A DNA stretch of 64,000 bases from Octopus vulgaris (taxonomy: Eukaryota). The translations under genes and the position numbers were made by a program. Below the pieces are notes generated by a model, which worked only from the letters and a program-made list of their open reading frames with translations, did not search any database and was not told the origin of the DNA. The stretch covers positions 41,354,001 to 41,418,000 of the forward strand of contig OX597821.1 of assembly GCA_951406725.2 (NCBI GenBank). Direction: 5' to 3'. Shown piece by piece: positions 15,426-27,645 of the stretch (its first letter is position 1; each line of letters starts with the position of its first letter).

Positions 15426-15878
15426 AAAAATAATTGTCATCATTTCCCCTTTAACACCCATTTTCCCATGGTTTAGACAGGATTTGTCATGGCAGATTTC
15501 TGTTGCTGGATGCTCTTCCTGTTTCCAACTTTCACCTGTTTCCAAGCAACATCATATTGCCACTTAGTTGAGAATAGGTTTGCATGGAAGACTAGAAATA
15601 AATGAAACTGCTTGCTTGACAAGCCACATTCATTTATGTCTACTGCATGTCAAGACAAGGTCTCAGACATGCATGCACGCACGCACACACATGCATATAT
15701 ATACATATATGTGATGGTAGTCTCTCATGATCTGAGGAAGATGGTGCTGCAAATTCTTGCCAAATGACCTGAACAAATGATTTGCTTATACAGTTCTATA
15801 TTTAAGAGATGAGGAATTATGTACATTATTTGCATTATTTACATTTGATGGATATTTGTCTTCATCTTGTTTGTTGTT

Positions 15879-15924
15879 AACACATCGTTTCGGCTGAAAT
15901 GCCCTCTAGCCTTCATCAGATGTC
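15879..15924 (-). ncRNA. Minimal type I hammerhead ribozyme motif (cleavage triplet mutated)
   Basis: The reverse complement reads gacat-CTGATGA-a-ggcta...cagcc-GAAAC-gat-gtgtt. Confidence 0.65.
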
Positions 15925-15976
15925 TTGGGGAGATTTCGAACCTGGGTTCTCATTCCTAAGGTATTTTTTGATGTTG

Positions 15977-16064
<88 letters not shown>

Positions 16065-16264
16065 CATTATTATTATTATTATCATTATTATTATTATTCA
16101 GGTCACTGCTTGGAATCGAACATGAAATCTTGGGGTTAGTAGCCTGCATTCTTAACCCCTAGATTCCGAGTTCAATTCCAGGCAGTGACCTGAATAATAA
16201 CAATGATAATAATAACATCGAAAAATACCTTAGGAATGAGAACCCAGGTTCAAAATTTCCCCAA

Positions 16265-16310
16265 GACAACTGATGAAGGCTGGTGGGTATATCAGCCGAA
16301 ACGTTGTGTT
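16265..16310 (+). ncRNA. Minimal type I hammerhead ribozyme motif
   Basis: gacaa-CTGATGA-a-GGCTG-gtgggtatat-CAGCC-GAAAC-GTT-gtgtt: intact core, 5-bp stem II, palindromic loopless stem III (AACGTT), stem I with one mismatch. Confidence 0.8.
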
Positions 16311-17021
16311 AAGAACAAACAAGATGAGGACAAATATCCATCAAATGTAAATAATGTAATTTGCTTATAGTAATCAAATGTTTATGCTGCATATAAGCTC
16401 ACTCTCTCCATCAAATCGATGTTGTCTAAACAGGTGCACAAGTGTATCACAGATCAGGTGTTGAAGTGATTGCGGAGCGATGTGAGAGGAAGTATTTTGC
16501 TCAAGAACACAACATACCAACTGGTCTAGGAATTGAAACGACAATCTTTTGATTATGTGTGCAACACACTAACCACTAGGCCACACACCCTCACACACAC
16601 ACACACACATCTATGTGTATCTATGTATTTATATGTATCTATCTACATAGAAAGACAGAAAGACAGACAGACAGTAATCCCTCACCATATCACAGTCCAC
16701 CTATCACGGTTCACCTGTCACGGTTCACCTGCCATGGTTCACTTAACGTGGTTTATTATTTCACCTTACGTCTATTCCTCAGTGGTGTTGTTTTGCCTTT
16801 ATAATAAAAGTAACTGGCCCTGTGCCATCACAAATGATGGCTAATTGTAGTATTTTATGTATAAAAAGGGTACAAAAAAATGTGAAAAAAAAAATCAAAT
16901 AATGCTTCAAATGTGTGTGTGTGTGTGCATATGTATACATTTATAAGTATGAGTAGCACGCAGTTTTCTATACTTTATCACAGCCTGCTTCCTTCCTTTT
17001 TATGTGTGTCTGTTTATATAT

Positions 17022-17245
17022 CGTCATCGTCGTCGTCGTTTAACATCCACTTTCCATGCTAGCATGGGTTGGACAGTTCAACTGAGGACTGGTGAACCAG
17101 ATGGCTGCACCAGGCTCCAGTCTGATGTGGCAAGGTTTCTACAGCTGGATGCCCTTCCTAACACCAACAACTCCAAGAGCATAGTGTGTGCTTTTATGTG
17201 CCACTGGCACAAGCACCAGTCAGGCAGTACTGGCATCGGCCATGC
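17022..17245 (-). mobile_element. RTE LINE 3' UTR fragment
   Basis: cgtttaacatccactttccatgctagcatgggttggac...ggatgcccttcctaac. Confidence 0.8.
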
Positions 17246-17704
17246 ACATGTGTCTGTAATTCCATTTTCTATATATCTTTCTAAATAAACATACACAAAC
17301 ACATATACACTCAAATAGATAAATATATTTTACACACAGATACACACACACACACAAACATTCACATTCCTCCCTTTTACAAACACACACAGAGTTGAAG
17401 CACTGTTTGACTTTTGTTTCACTGTTGACTTTTCACCATCCCACTTTCATCAGTGGATCACCCCTTCCTTTCTCATTCATATATTGTGATGGAGAAATAC
17501 ACAAGAGTATTATTATAGTAGATTATTATAGTGGAAGATACAGGAAGCTCTCTTTGCCACTTCCTCTCTCTCATTGCTATTACTTTCTCTCACTCCTTCT
17601 CATTCATTGCTATTACTCTCACTACTTCTCTTTCACTGAATTACTACTTTCTCTCCTCTTCCTTCACCATTCACACCTACTGTGTGGTTTTAGACAAATA
17701 TATA

Positions 17705-17744
<40 letters not shown>

Positions 17745-17867
17745 TACTGTAAATTTATGGTGAATACTTGATAAGTGTAAGCATCTGTATATATCAGATA
17801 GTGGCAGAGGTGAGAGAGAATATATCAAATAAAATTAAAAACATCCTTTGTGTTCTGTTTTTAATTT

Positions 17868-17915
<48 letters not shown>

Positions 17916-18084
17916 GTATAAAAACACTACGCTCATTATTATATTAGGAGATAAATATATACAAATTTTAAAAATAAAAAAATATACAGTATAGTACTGT
18001 TTCTACTTCATGGATTTTCACTTAATGTGGGGTTGGGGTTGGAATATAACATCCATGATAGTTGAGGGATTACTGTACATACAG

Positions 18085-18193
18085 ACAGGACATCCAGCCA
18101 GACAGACAGATGGACAGGCAGCCAGCCAGCTAGCCAGCCAGCCAACCAGACAGAAAGACAGACAGGCAGATAGATAGATAGATATATTGATAA

Positions 18194-18226
<33 letters not shown>

Positions 18227-18242
18227 TAGATATATAGATAGG

Positions 18243-18312
<70 letters not shown>

Positions 18313-18325
18313 TATGGATGGATAG
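18085..18325. repeat. (GACA)n/(GCCA)n/(GATA)n tetranucleotide array
   Basis: Directly visible. Confidence 0.95.
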
Positions 18326-21300
18326 AACAGGTTTCATTCAGTTTTCATCTACCAAAACCACTCAGAAGGACAAAGTTTTTGTTGGCCCAAAACTATAAGA
18401 GTAGAAGGCACTTACCCAAGGTACCAGACAGTAGAACTGAAATTGAAATCACATGGTTCCAAACCAAACTTGTTAATCACACGGTCACGTTTTGTGCCTG
18501 TTACAGTAAATGAAAATCATATTTACGTATGTGCATAAATGCCAGCATATATTTGCACCCGCAGCGAATGCACAACAGAAGTATGACATTAGCATAAGCA
18601 ATGGATATACATCATACGTGTCAATATAATTGACATGTCTTTAACTCTAATTGGCACTCAGGCTCAGGTTATTATCTATGAGAAGTTTAGCGAGGGCCAA
18701 CTCACCCATGACGTTTCCTTTGCAAACATCATTTGCAATGCTATAATCTATTTCAGCCTATTGTATCTCATCTAAGTAGATTCAAAACGTGAAAAGTAAA
18801 CTTAGTTTGGCAGAGATAAATCAAGTTTTGGTTTTTCTCTTATGAGAGATTTATTTTGGCAGTAAAAATGCTGCATGAAATTATTTTTACTTTTTAGATT
18901 TTCTTTATTGTCTATTTTATCTTTTTAATCTGCTTAAAACCTTTAATATTTTCCTTGTCTTTCTTCTTTTTTAGTTTGTTTTTTTTTTTTTTTTTTTGTT
19001 TTATTTTTTCATTATTTATCTGATTTTGCCCTGAAACATTTGCAAAAATGAAAGCATGTTTTTAGAATTAAGATCATGCGTGTATGACAATTTGACAAAT
19101 CTTCAAAGCTGATCAAAAAGATGAAATAAATGTGAAAGTTTGGAAAACAATCAATTAAAGTCCTGAGATATTCTGCGTTCTGCGTGTTATTTCTCTTTCA
19201 AAGTCAACATGCTGTGATGCCGCTTTGAACTTTTCTCTCTCTCATTTTCCGCTGTTTTTTGTTGTTGTTATTTTATAAAATTTTGAATTAAACTTCTGAT
19301 TGATGGAACGAAATTTTCCTAAACTCTGAATAATGAGTAATAGTCATAAAAAAAGGAATTTTTTTAATTTAAAATTTAAGGGAAAATTTAGGTAGAAATA
19401 TAATTAAAATCAGTTTACTTAAAAATCCATCAATTGATATTCTGGCTTAGGGTAAGGTTAAATTGAAAATCAAATATTTAATGACTTGATTGTGTAAAAA
19501 TTCTATTTGACTCAGTGGCACTCACTAAACATATTCATTGTGTTAAAAAAATACAATTTATTTTTATTGTAACTTGCAAGCATTTCAAAAACCTTGCAGC
19601 AATTTGGGGCATTGAGAAATGCTTTAAAAACACAATATTTAAGCATATTCCAAGATTTTGCTCCATAAAATATTAAAGAAAAAGCAATTTATACTGTAGA
19701 TATTAAAAGTTGAAAGAAAATGTTTTGAAGAAAAGAAAACAATTCTATGATATTTACACAAATTTTACAGACAACATTTTCCTTTAAGTTTAATAAGTAA
19801 TATTTCAAAGAATTTTTTAATATGTTTATGTAATTTACATTATTTATAACTTGGAATATTTTGTGTTATAAATGGAATAGTAAAATTATAGCAGTGACGG
19901 AAAATTGTCCTTTTTTTTTTTTTTTTACATTTATGATCAGCTTCCTCTATAATTATTCGTAGGAAAACTGACAATGCTCATGGCTTTCTTCAGGACTGAA
20001 GAAGCTGTGTTTAGTTAGTGAAATTAATGCTTAATTTATATTGTTGTTTAGTAGTTGAAGAAAATACTCCACCATTTCAAAATTATTGTCACTTTCTCTT
20101 TTATATAATTAATGATTTAATTATACATTTCTTTCTCAATTTCCTAAAACTCCATCAATCTCCAGTAGCTAATAGGCAAAAGGCTTCAAACCATAAAATA
20201 CAAGCTTTTGTTTGCTTTTATTCTACTACACAGGATAAAATAAGGACTGGTACTATAGCAGGAAATTGGAAAATGAGTCATTAAAAGTATTGAGAAACAA
20301 GAAAAATAGATATTCTCAAAATAGCCATCTTTCTTTCTAGAGATGAAGGAAAAGAGAGGTTGTCCTCTTTCTTTTATTTCTTTTGGTTTAGTTATATTTT
20401 TAGTTCTAGTTTTTCTTTTCTTATTTATTTGCAAGAAACAAGGTGTGAAAATTTCATAAAACTGTCAGTAAATTTGTGCCTGTATTGAATAATTAAAAAG
20501 TTGGTTCACACTAGTTTCATAATTGAAATCAATACAGCCAATCGTTCATTGACAGATACCTCTGGTCAAGAAAAGTCAAATTATTGATGTGATCGTCTGA
20601 TAGGGATGGATCAACCGAGTCTGGGTAGAATCAATATTTCCTGGTAGTTTTATGCCAAGTAAGATTCTCTTGAAGTCAGAGAAACATGCACAGACTATAA
20701 TGAATTCCAAATTGCCATTGTGATGTGTTGAGAAACCAGATATTTGGAGAAAAAAATATGCACAACATCGCTTATATTTATGATCTTTGAAAACTTATAC
20801 TTAACTCAGCTACTGCAGTATTAGTACTACAATAAACATGTCATACTTCTTTAACACACATTTTTGGTGAACAACCAATGATAATGAGCAGCAGAGTGAA
20901 CTTACATGTTTGGTAACATGGCATTACTGCATGCTATATATGTATTCAGCTCAAAAAGAAATGTTATTTTAGTCCGTCTTTAAAATATCTTTTTCAGACT
21001 AGTGTATTTCTGAAAAATAATCTCAATCAGTCTCTACCATTTTATGTTCACTCTGGGCCTTGAATTTTTTGAGGGAGCATCATTATTTTAAAATTATTTT
21101 TTTGACTCTGTCACAATGCGACTAAGCAGTCACGATCACTTCTACACTCCACTCAAAATATGATGTTTCTTTTAACAAAAGCAAAACTAACAAAATAAAT
21201 TAAATATTTAAAAACGTGTTCAATTGGAAATTATTGGTTTCCTGTCTGAAGTCATGATCTAGTCTTCCTGTATTACCTTAACAAGAAAAATGTTGACTGT

Positions 21301-21789
21301 GTGAATAAGAGTGATAATGACTTTTTAGGTGATTAGATGTTGATAATTTCAATAATCAAAAGGTAACACAGCAGCTGAGTTCAGTGTTTTTTTCATAAAG
21401 CCATGAATTTCATTTTGAAAGAATTCAATGATGTGTAGCAGAATGTGAAACACGAAATATGTTTGTTGTATCAGGAATGAACCAATGTTAGAGTTCTTCG
21501 TTGGAGAACCTGAGTCTTTTATGTTCTGAAGTAATTACTTCATAGTCTTTGATTGTTTCAGTTATTGAACTGCAAACCATGCTGGAGCACTGCCTCAAAT
21601 GGTATAGAGAAATAAATCAATGCCAGGACTTATACTCTCTCTAAGTCTGGTACTTATTTAGTTGGTCGCTTTTGCTAAACATCTAAGGTAAAAGAGCATA
21701 AACAAACCAACAATGGATGGCCATCAGTGTCGGGACAACGACAAACACATACATCCACACATATGTATAAATGTATATGTGTATATATG

Positions 21790-22130
21790 TGCCAAACTGG
21801 ACGTCACTGCATCATCAAAGATCCTCATCTAAAGTAAGAAACAGTACTGCAGTAGTCTGGGTTTCAAGGGCTCACAATTGTTCAACATCCTGCTAGGTAA
21901 CCTTAGAGATCTATATGGTGTTGATGTGGGAGTTTTCAAGGAATGCCTGGACAGGTTTCTATCAGATGAACCCACGTCGTGGCAGGAAACACAAAGAAGA
22001 GCAGCTCTGTCCAACTCACTACTTCACCAAAAGCAATACTGAAAACAATGCTGAGTAACTACAAGTGGGACACCAGCATGACCTCAGTCCTGGACTGAAA
22101 CCAGTAAAAGATAAGAAATAAAAGATGAAA
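21790..22130 (+). mobile_element. 3' end of a CR1/L2-group LINE (RT C-terminus)
   Basis: Translates as KVRKQYCSSLGFKGSQLFNILLGNLRDLYGVDVGVFKECLDRFLSDEP...RAALSNSLLHQ, which fits the LFN-LP...FK..LD..L terminal motif. Confidence 0.7.
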
Positions 22131-22131
22131 G

Positions 22132-22173
<42 letters not shown>

Positions 22174-22679
22174 AAAGGGCTTAGTAAAATAAATTACTTC
22201 GCCGCATACTGAACTCATTAGAAATAGCAGCTAAAAAACTTTTTTAAAGCTATTTCTAATACTTAAAGAAAATCTCTCTCATATATAGCGTTTGCCTAAT
22301 TCAACTCACAAAAGTTTGGGGGTAAGGACATTAAAAAATCAAATGCTAAGGTTATTTGAGTACGTACGTTTCAAGATTAGTCAAAACAACACTTCTATCT
22401 TCAGCTCAGAAATTCCTTGGTTTGGATTTGGAAACACTGAAAGTAAGAACATACCCTTTCGAAGATTCGCTCGTTACTAACAGTGCCAACAAACCCAAAA
22501 TAAGCAAGTGAAGAATTTCTGTTCTCCCCTTTCCACCAGCGTGGGTTAAAATCATCAAACGCTATGCTTATTTCGGTAAAATCCGAAGCATTAATTAGAG
22601 GGAGATTAATTATAATTATAATTATAATTATAATTGTTGAAATTATTGTTGAAATTATATATATATATATGTATGGCTG

Positions 22680-22880
22680 CGTGTGTACTGTTGGCGATTT
22701 TTTCCTCAGTCTTCCCTTCCTTGGATCTTTCCTTTTCCTATGTTTCTAACAAAGAGCTCTGCTCGAAACGTTAAACCCTCCTTCTTTCTTTCCTTTCCTG
22801 AGCGTCCAATAACACTATACTTGTTCCACATCCTCACGTTGTTGTGTTTTTTCTTTGTGTTTCCATGTTTAGATTAACTT
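22680..22880 (+). mobile_element. Penelope-like pLTR fragment with decayed hammerhead (22742-22776)
   Basis: gttt-ctaacaa-a-GAGC-tct-GCTC-GAAAC-GTT-aaac. The core differs from CTGACGA by two G>A changes and the stems are intact. Flanked by (TA)n. Confidence 0.65.
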
Positions 22881-22917
22881 TATATATATATATATATATA
22901 TACATACATATACATAC

Positions 22918-22998
<81 letters not shown>

Positions 22999-23240
22999 GT
23001 AATATATAAGTTAGAGGTTATGTAACCCTCTAAGGGATAGATGTATCTATAGGCACTCCTGGTGTATTACCCCAGTATGTATGGTCCTTGTTATAAGGTA
23101 TACGGTAGTAGGTAATTTAAAGGTAAAACCGTGGCTTAATATATATATAGAAAAGAAAAGAAATGGAGCAATAATTAACAATGAGAAGTGGATCATTAGT
23201 GTTTTAAAGTCATAAGTCATTATTTAAGATGAAAGTATTC

Positions 23241-23628
23241 ACTCTTTTACTCTTTTACTTGTTTCAGTTATTTGACTGCGGCCATGCTGGAGCACCGCCT
23301 TTAGTCGAGCAAATCGACCCCAGGACTTATTCTATCGGTCTCTTTTGCCGAACCGCTAAGTGATGGGGACGTAAACACACCAGCATCGGTTGTCAAGCAA
23401 TGCTAGGGGGACAAACACAGACACACAAACACACACACACATACATATATATATATACATATATACGACAGGCTTCTTTCAGTTTCCGTCTACCAAATCC
23501 ACTCACAAGGCATTGGTCGGCCCGGGGCTATAGCAGAAGACACTTGCCCAATATGCCACGCAGTGGGACTGAACCCGCAACCATGTGGTTGGTTAGCAAG
23601 CTACTTACCCCACAGCCACTCCTGCGCC
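23241..23628 (-). mobile_element. SINE family A, at the centre of an inverted repeat
   Basis: Near full-length reverse-complement copy. Confidence 0.9.
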
Positions 23629-24388
23629 TGTATCTTCACATCTTAATTAAATAATGACTTTAAAACACCAATAATCCACTTCTCATTATTAATTATTGCT
23701 CCACTCCTTATCGTCTCTCTCTCTATATATATATATATATGTATATGTATATACACACATATATACATACACACAAACATGTATATATACATTCTTATGC
23801 ACTGTGAACCATGAACAGCAAACCTGTCGTTTACAACTCAGTAAGAACAAATTTTTCATTCTTATTAGAACAACATACAGCATGTTTACTGTTGTGTATA
23901 ATGCTTGGTCAAGCTAAAATGAAATGAAGTCACACAAACCAAAGTTGGATGAAATATATTCAGGTAAACACTTTACACAAATATATTTTAATCAATGCTG
24001 CTCTGTGCAACTTTTATGAGGATTCCTTTATGTCTTGCAGAGTACAAGACATCCTCACTCTTCCTGGCACCATGGCAAATGAATCTATTTTACTCTGTAC
24101 AGAGGTTGGCAAATGAGCAGGGACCTTGTTTGATCAACAAAACCCTTTAGTCTTGTCATGCTGTGGATATGACAGCCACTCTAGTATTATCACGAGAACA
24201 AAACAAGAATACTCCCAAAATATTTTGTAACGGAGTTGGTGAAAGGAAGGACATCCTGCTGTTGAGCCATACCTAGGAGGATAGCAATAGCAAATAAGAA
24301 TTGAACCTGAACTGTGACAACTCATACAACCCATGCAAATATGGAAAATGGACATAAAACGATAATGTTGTTGTCATAAATACAACAA

Positions 24389-24482
24389 TCACCTAAAGAC
24401 GGCCGGAGGATACAACAGCCTAAACATTGTGACTATAACAATTGAGATGAGGCCACTAGTCTCAATATATTCAATGTATATT
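24389..24482 (+). mobile_element. Old, decayed hammerhead-bearing tail related to the 16265 family
   Basis: tcac-ctaaaga-cggccg-gaggatacaa-cagcc-taaac-att-gtga, followed by aacaattgagatgagg, which parallels aacaaacaagatgagg. Confidence 0.55.
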
Positions 24483-25923
24483 ACCTTTAGACTGTTGGAT
24501 TCATGTGAGAAGACACTAGACACATTTTTTTTATTGTTGTTCATCGATTCTTTTATTCTTTTCTTTTACTTGTTTCAGTCATTTGACTATGGCCATGTTG
24601 GAGCACCGTCTTTAGTTGAGGAAATCGACCCCAGGGGTTAGTCATTGTAAGCCTAGTACTTAATCTGATGTGTATAACTCAGAACATTGTAGCAGGAGTA
24701 TTATTGGAAACACAGTGTATGTTCATCCTCACCTTGTTCATCCAACTCCATGGGGGTGGATGTCATTTTTACTTTTCCCATCTTTACCGAATTTTCTTGC
24801 ATTTTCTTGTGAACCATGAATGATTTCAACACCTTATGAATTGAATAACTTCTATAGAGTCACTGTAGTAACGAGATCCTGCTAAACAGACTCTCTACAA
24901 CATTTCAAATGATGTCACATGTTTAAATAGTAAAATCCAAGAGCTGCATAGCTGCAGGAAAGATGAAATAGCAACTATAACTGGCCAAACGTTGGCAAAT
25001 AATCCAAGCCATAACACTGGGTACTTTATATTTTTATATATTGAGCGCTGAACATATGGCTTGCTCTTAAATATTCAATTGGTTATCTCTCTGCCATATC
25101 TTTGCTTCAGTAGAGCTGACTGCGGCTGTTTAACAACTTTCTGCTAGTATTGGCATGAACTATAATATCATCGTATCAAGAAATTTATCAAGGGTGTTAG
25201 CATTTACTGTCACTAAATCTGCTGGTGTAGAAGCCATACCTAACCAAAAAGTATTATCTAGAATCTTTAAAATGAGAATAATTTATATGTCTACTTAAGC
25301 AAAGTTTGCTTTTGCTGCTCAAAAAGAAAAAAAACCCAATAATACCACGATAAAATACACTGGGAAGACATAACTGTTTCACCTTGAAAATATCTCTTAC
25401 ACAAAAGTGAAAATTTCATATAAAAGCAACAAGGTAATATATTGTTGTTTTTTCCAGAGGGAGCAACAAATGTCAGGTTATATATCCAATAGGATATGTA
25501 GCAGGCCATCAAACAGTGTCCCACTGGAACAATGGGCACAAAACCATATCATGTTGCAACCAGAACACAGTTTAAATTATTTACTCTTTTGTTAAGTTCA
25601 TGCTGACTAGAATTTGGAATTTGTTTTGCCTTGAGAACTGTGTTTCCATTAACCTATGTTGAATCGTTTCTACCAATAATTCTTAAAGAGATGAGATTTT
25701 TATGTCATTTGGGATGAATAATTGAAGAGCTGGCATATATAATTAGTGGAAACAAGTTGCATTGCTCAAGTGCCAGCTGAAATCTAAAATGTCAGAAAGA
25801 TGTGAAATGAGATGACCAATCATTCTTTCATAATGGTTCTGATGTCATGTTAGGTTTACTAAAACATTACAATATCAAAACCAATAGAGAAGCTCTTTTG
25901 TCAGGAAAACAAAAATGGTAGAT

Positions 25924-26043
<120 letters not shown>

Positions 26044-26044
26044 G

Positions 26045-26288
26045 TTTCAAATTTTGTTACAAGGGCAGCCATTTTGGAGGAGGGGATGTGTCGGTTACAT
26101 CGACCCTCCCAATGTTTCAATGGTACTTAATTTATCGACCCTGAAAGGCGTTAGGAAGGGCATCCAGCTGTAGAAACACTGCCAGATCAAACTGGAGCCC
26201 GGTGCAGCCTTCTGGCTTCCCAGATCCCCGGTAGAACTGTCCAACCCATGCTAGCATGGAGAACAAACGTTAAACGATGATGATGATA

Positions 26289-26323
<35 letters not shown>

Positions 26324-26433
26324 AGGATGAAAGGCAAAGTTGACCTTGTCGGAATATGAACACAGAACACAGCAGGAAGTGAATTACTGCTAAGCATTTC
26401 GCCTGGCAAGCTAACAATACTGCCAGCTCACAG

Positions 26434-26436
<3 letters not shown>
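26045..26436 (-). mobile_element. SINE family B relative interrupted by an RTE 3' tail (26149-26320, +)
   Basis: The SINE B motif atcgaccctgaaagg...atgaaaggcaaagttgac is split, with tgaaagg duplicated at 26142-26148 and 26320-26326. Confidence 0.75.
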
Positions 26437-26489
<53 letters not shown>

Positions 26490-26639
26490 GTAATGATAAT
26501 AATAATGGTGATAATAATTTCATCGAGCATATGCTTGCAAAAATATATATGTAGAAATATGTGCGTGTGTGTATATAAATACACAAACACACGCACACAT
26601 GCATACATACACATACATACCTACATATATATGTGTATA

Positions 26640-27156
26640 TCTATATATATAAAACTGTAGTTGTGTGAGTGTCTGTCTCCTACGATTTAGATTCCTAACT
26701 CCTCCCACATTTTGCGGTGCAGTTTAACCAAATTCGGGTACCTTATAGTCGTGATTCATATCGAGCCCGTCTGAGTATTAGTGCACGTCTTCGATGAGTC
26801 TACGATTTTAAAAATAATTTAACATCATTTTTTATTCCATTTTAATGCATAATTTTTCGTGTGTCGATGGCGGCGGAGTTGGCGTCCACGCTCAAACACC
26901 TGCACCTGTGTTTGCTTCTCCCCCTTCTTCTCTCCCTCGTGAAGCTGTGGGGAAGGGAGTTTAAGGAAATCAACGTCGTAATGCGTTGTCAAGGAGACCA
27001 GCGTTCTTTTAGAACAACGACTTCATGGCTTCAAGACACCAAAACAGAAATGGCTAAGAAAGCCCGAATTGGCATCTATAAAGGAAGTAACTCTCTAAAA
27101 ATGCTTATATAGTTATTTCCCTTACAAACCCGAGCAACGCCGGGCGATACTGCTAG
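26640..27156 (+). mobile_element. Non-autonomous Helitron
   Basis: 5' TC(tatatatataaaa), subterminal GC hairpin cccgagcaacgccggg, 3' CTAG, inserted between A and T with no TSD. Confidence 0.8.
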
Positions 27157-27188
<32 letters not shown>

Positions 27189-27236
27189 CATATATATACA
27201 TATATATATATATATATACATATATATGTACATGCC

Positions 27237-27267
<31 letters not shown>

Positions 27268-27601
27268 TTATACACATATATGCATATATGCATATAAAAA
27301 TATACATTTACATATATATCTATGTATATATATGTATATATATATACATATATATATATGTATTCTTTTATTCTTTTAATTGTTTCAGTCATTTGACTGC
27401 AGTCATGCTGGGGCACTGCCTTTAGTCAAACAAATCGGACCCAGGACTTATTCTTTCTGAGCCTAGTACTTATTCTATTGGTCTCTTTTCCCAAACCGCT
27501 AAGTTACAGGGATATAAACACACCAGCATCAGTTGTCAAGTGACAGTGGGAGGACAACCACAGACACACAAATACATACACACACACGCACACGCACGCA
27601 C

Positions 27602-27645
<44 letters not shown>

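Larger units (their letters stand above)
15791..16358. mobile_element. tRNA-headed, hammerhead-bearing retroelement inserted as an inverted (head-to-head) dimer with an 11-bp TSD
   Basis: TSD atttgcttata at 15780-15790 and 16359-16369. Arms about 15832-16130 and 16161-16357. B-box-like gttcgattcc/gttcaattcc and an HHR in each arm. Confidence 0.8.

Noticed and set aside
22165-22650. Possible second Helitron
   Set aside because: It starts in a TA run, but no terminal hairpin-CTAG was found, so I left it unclassified.
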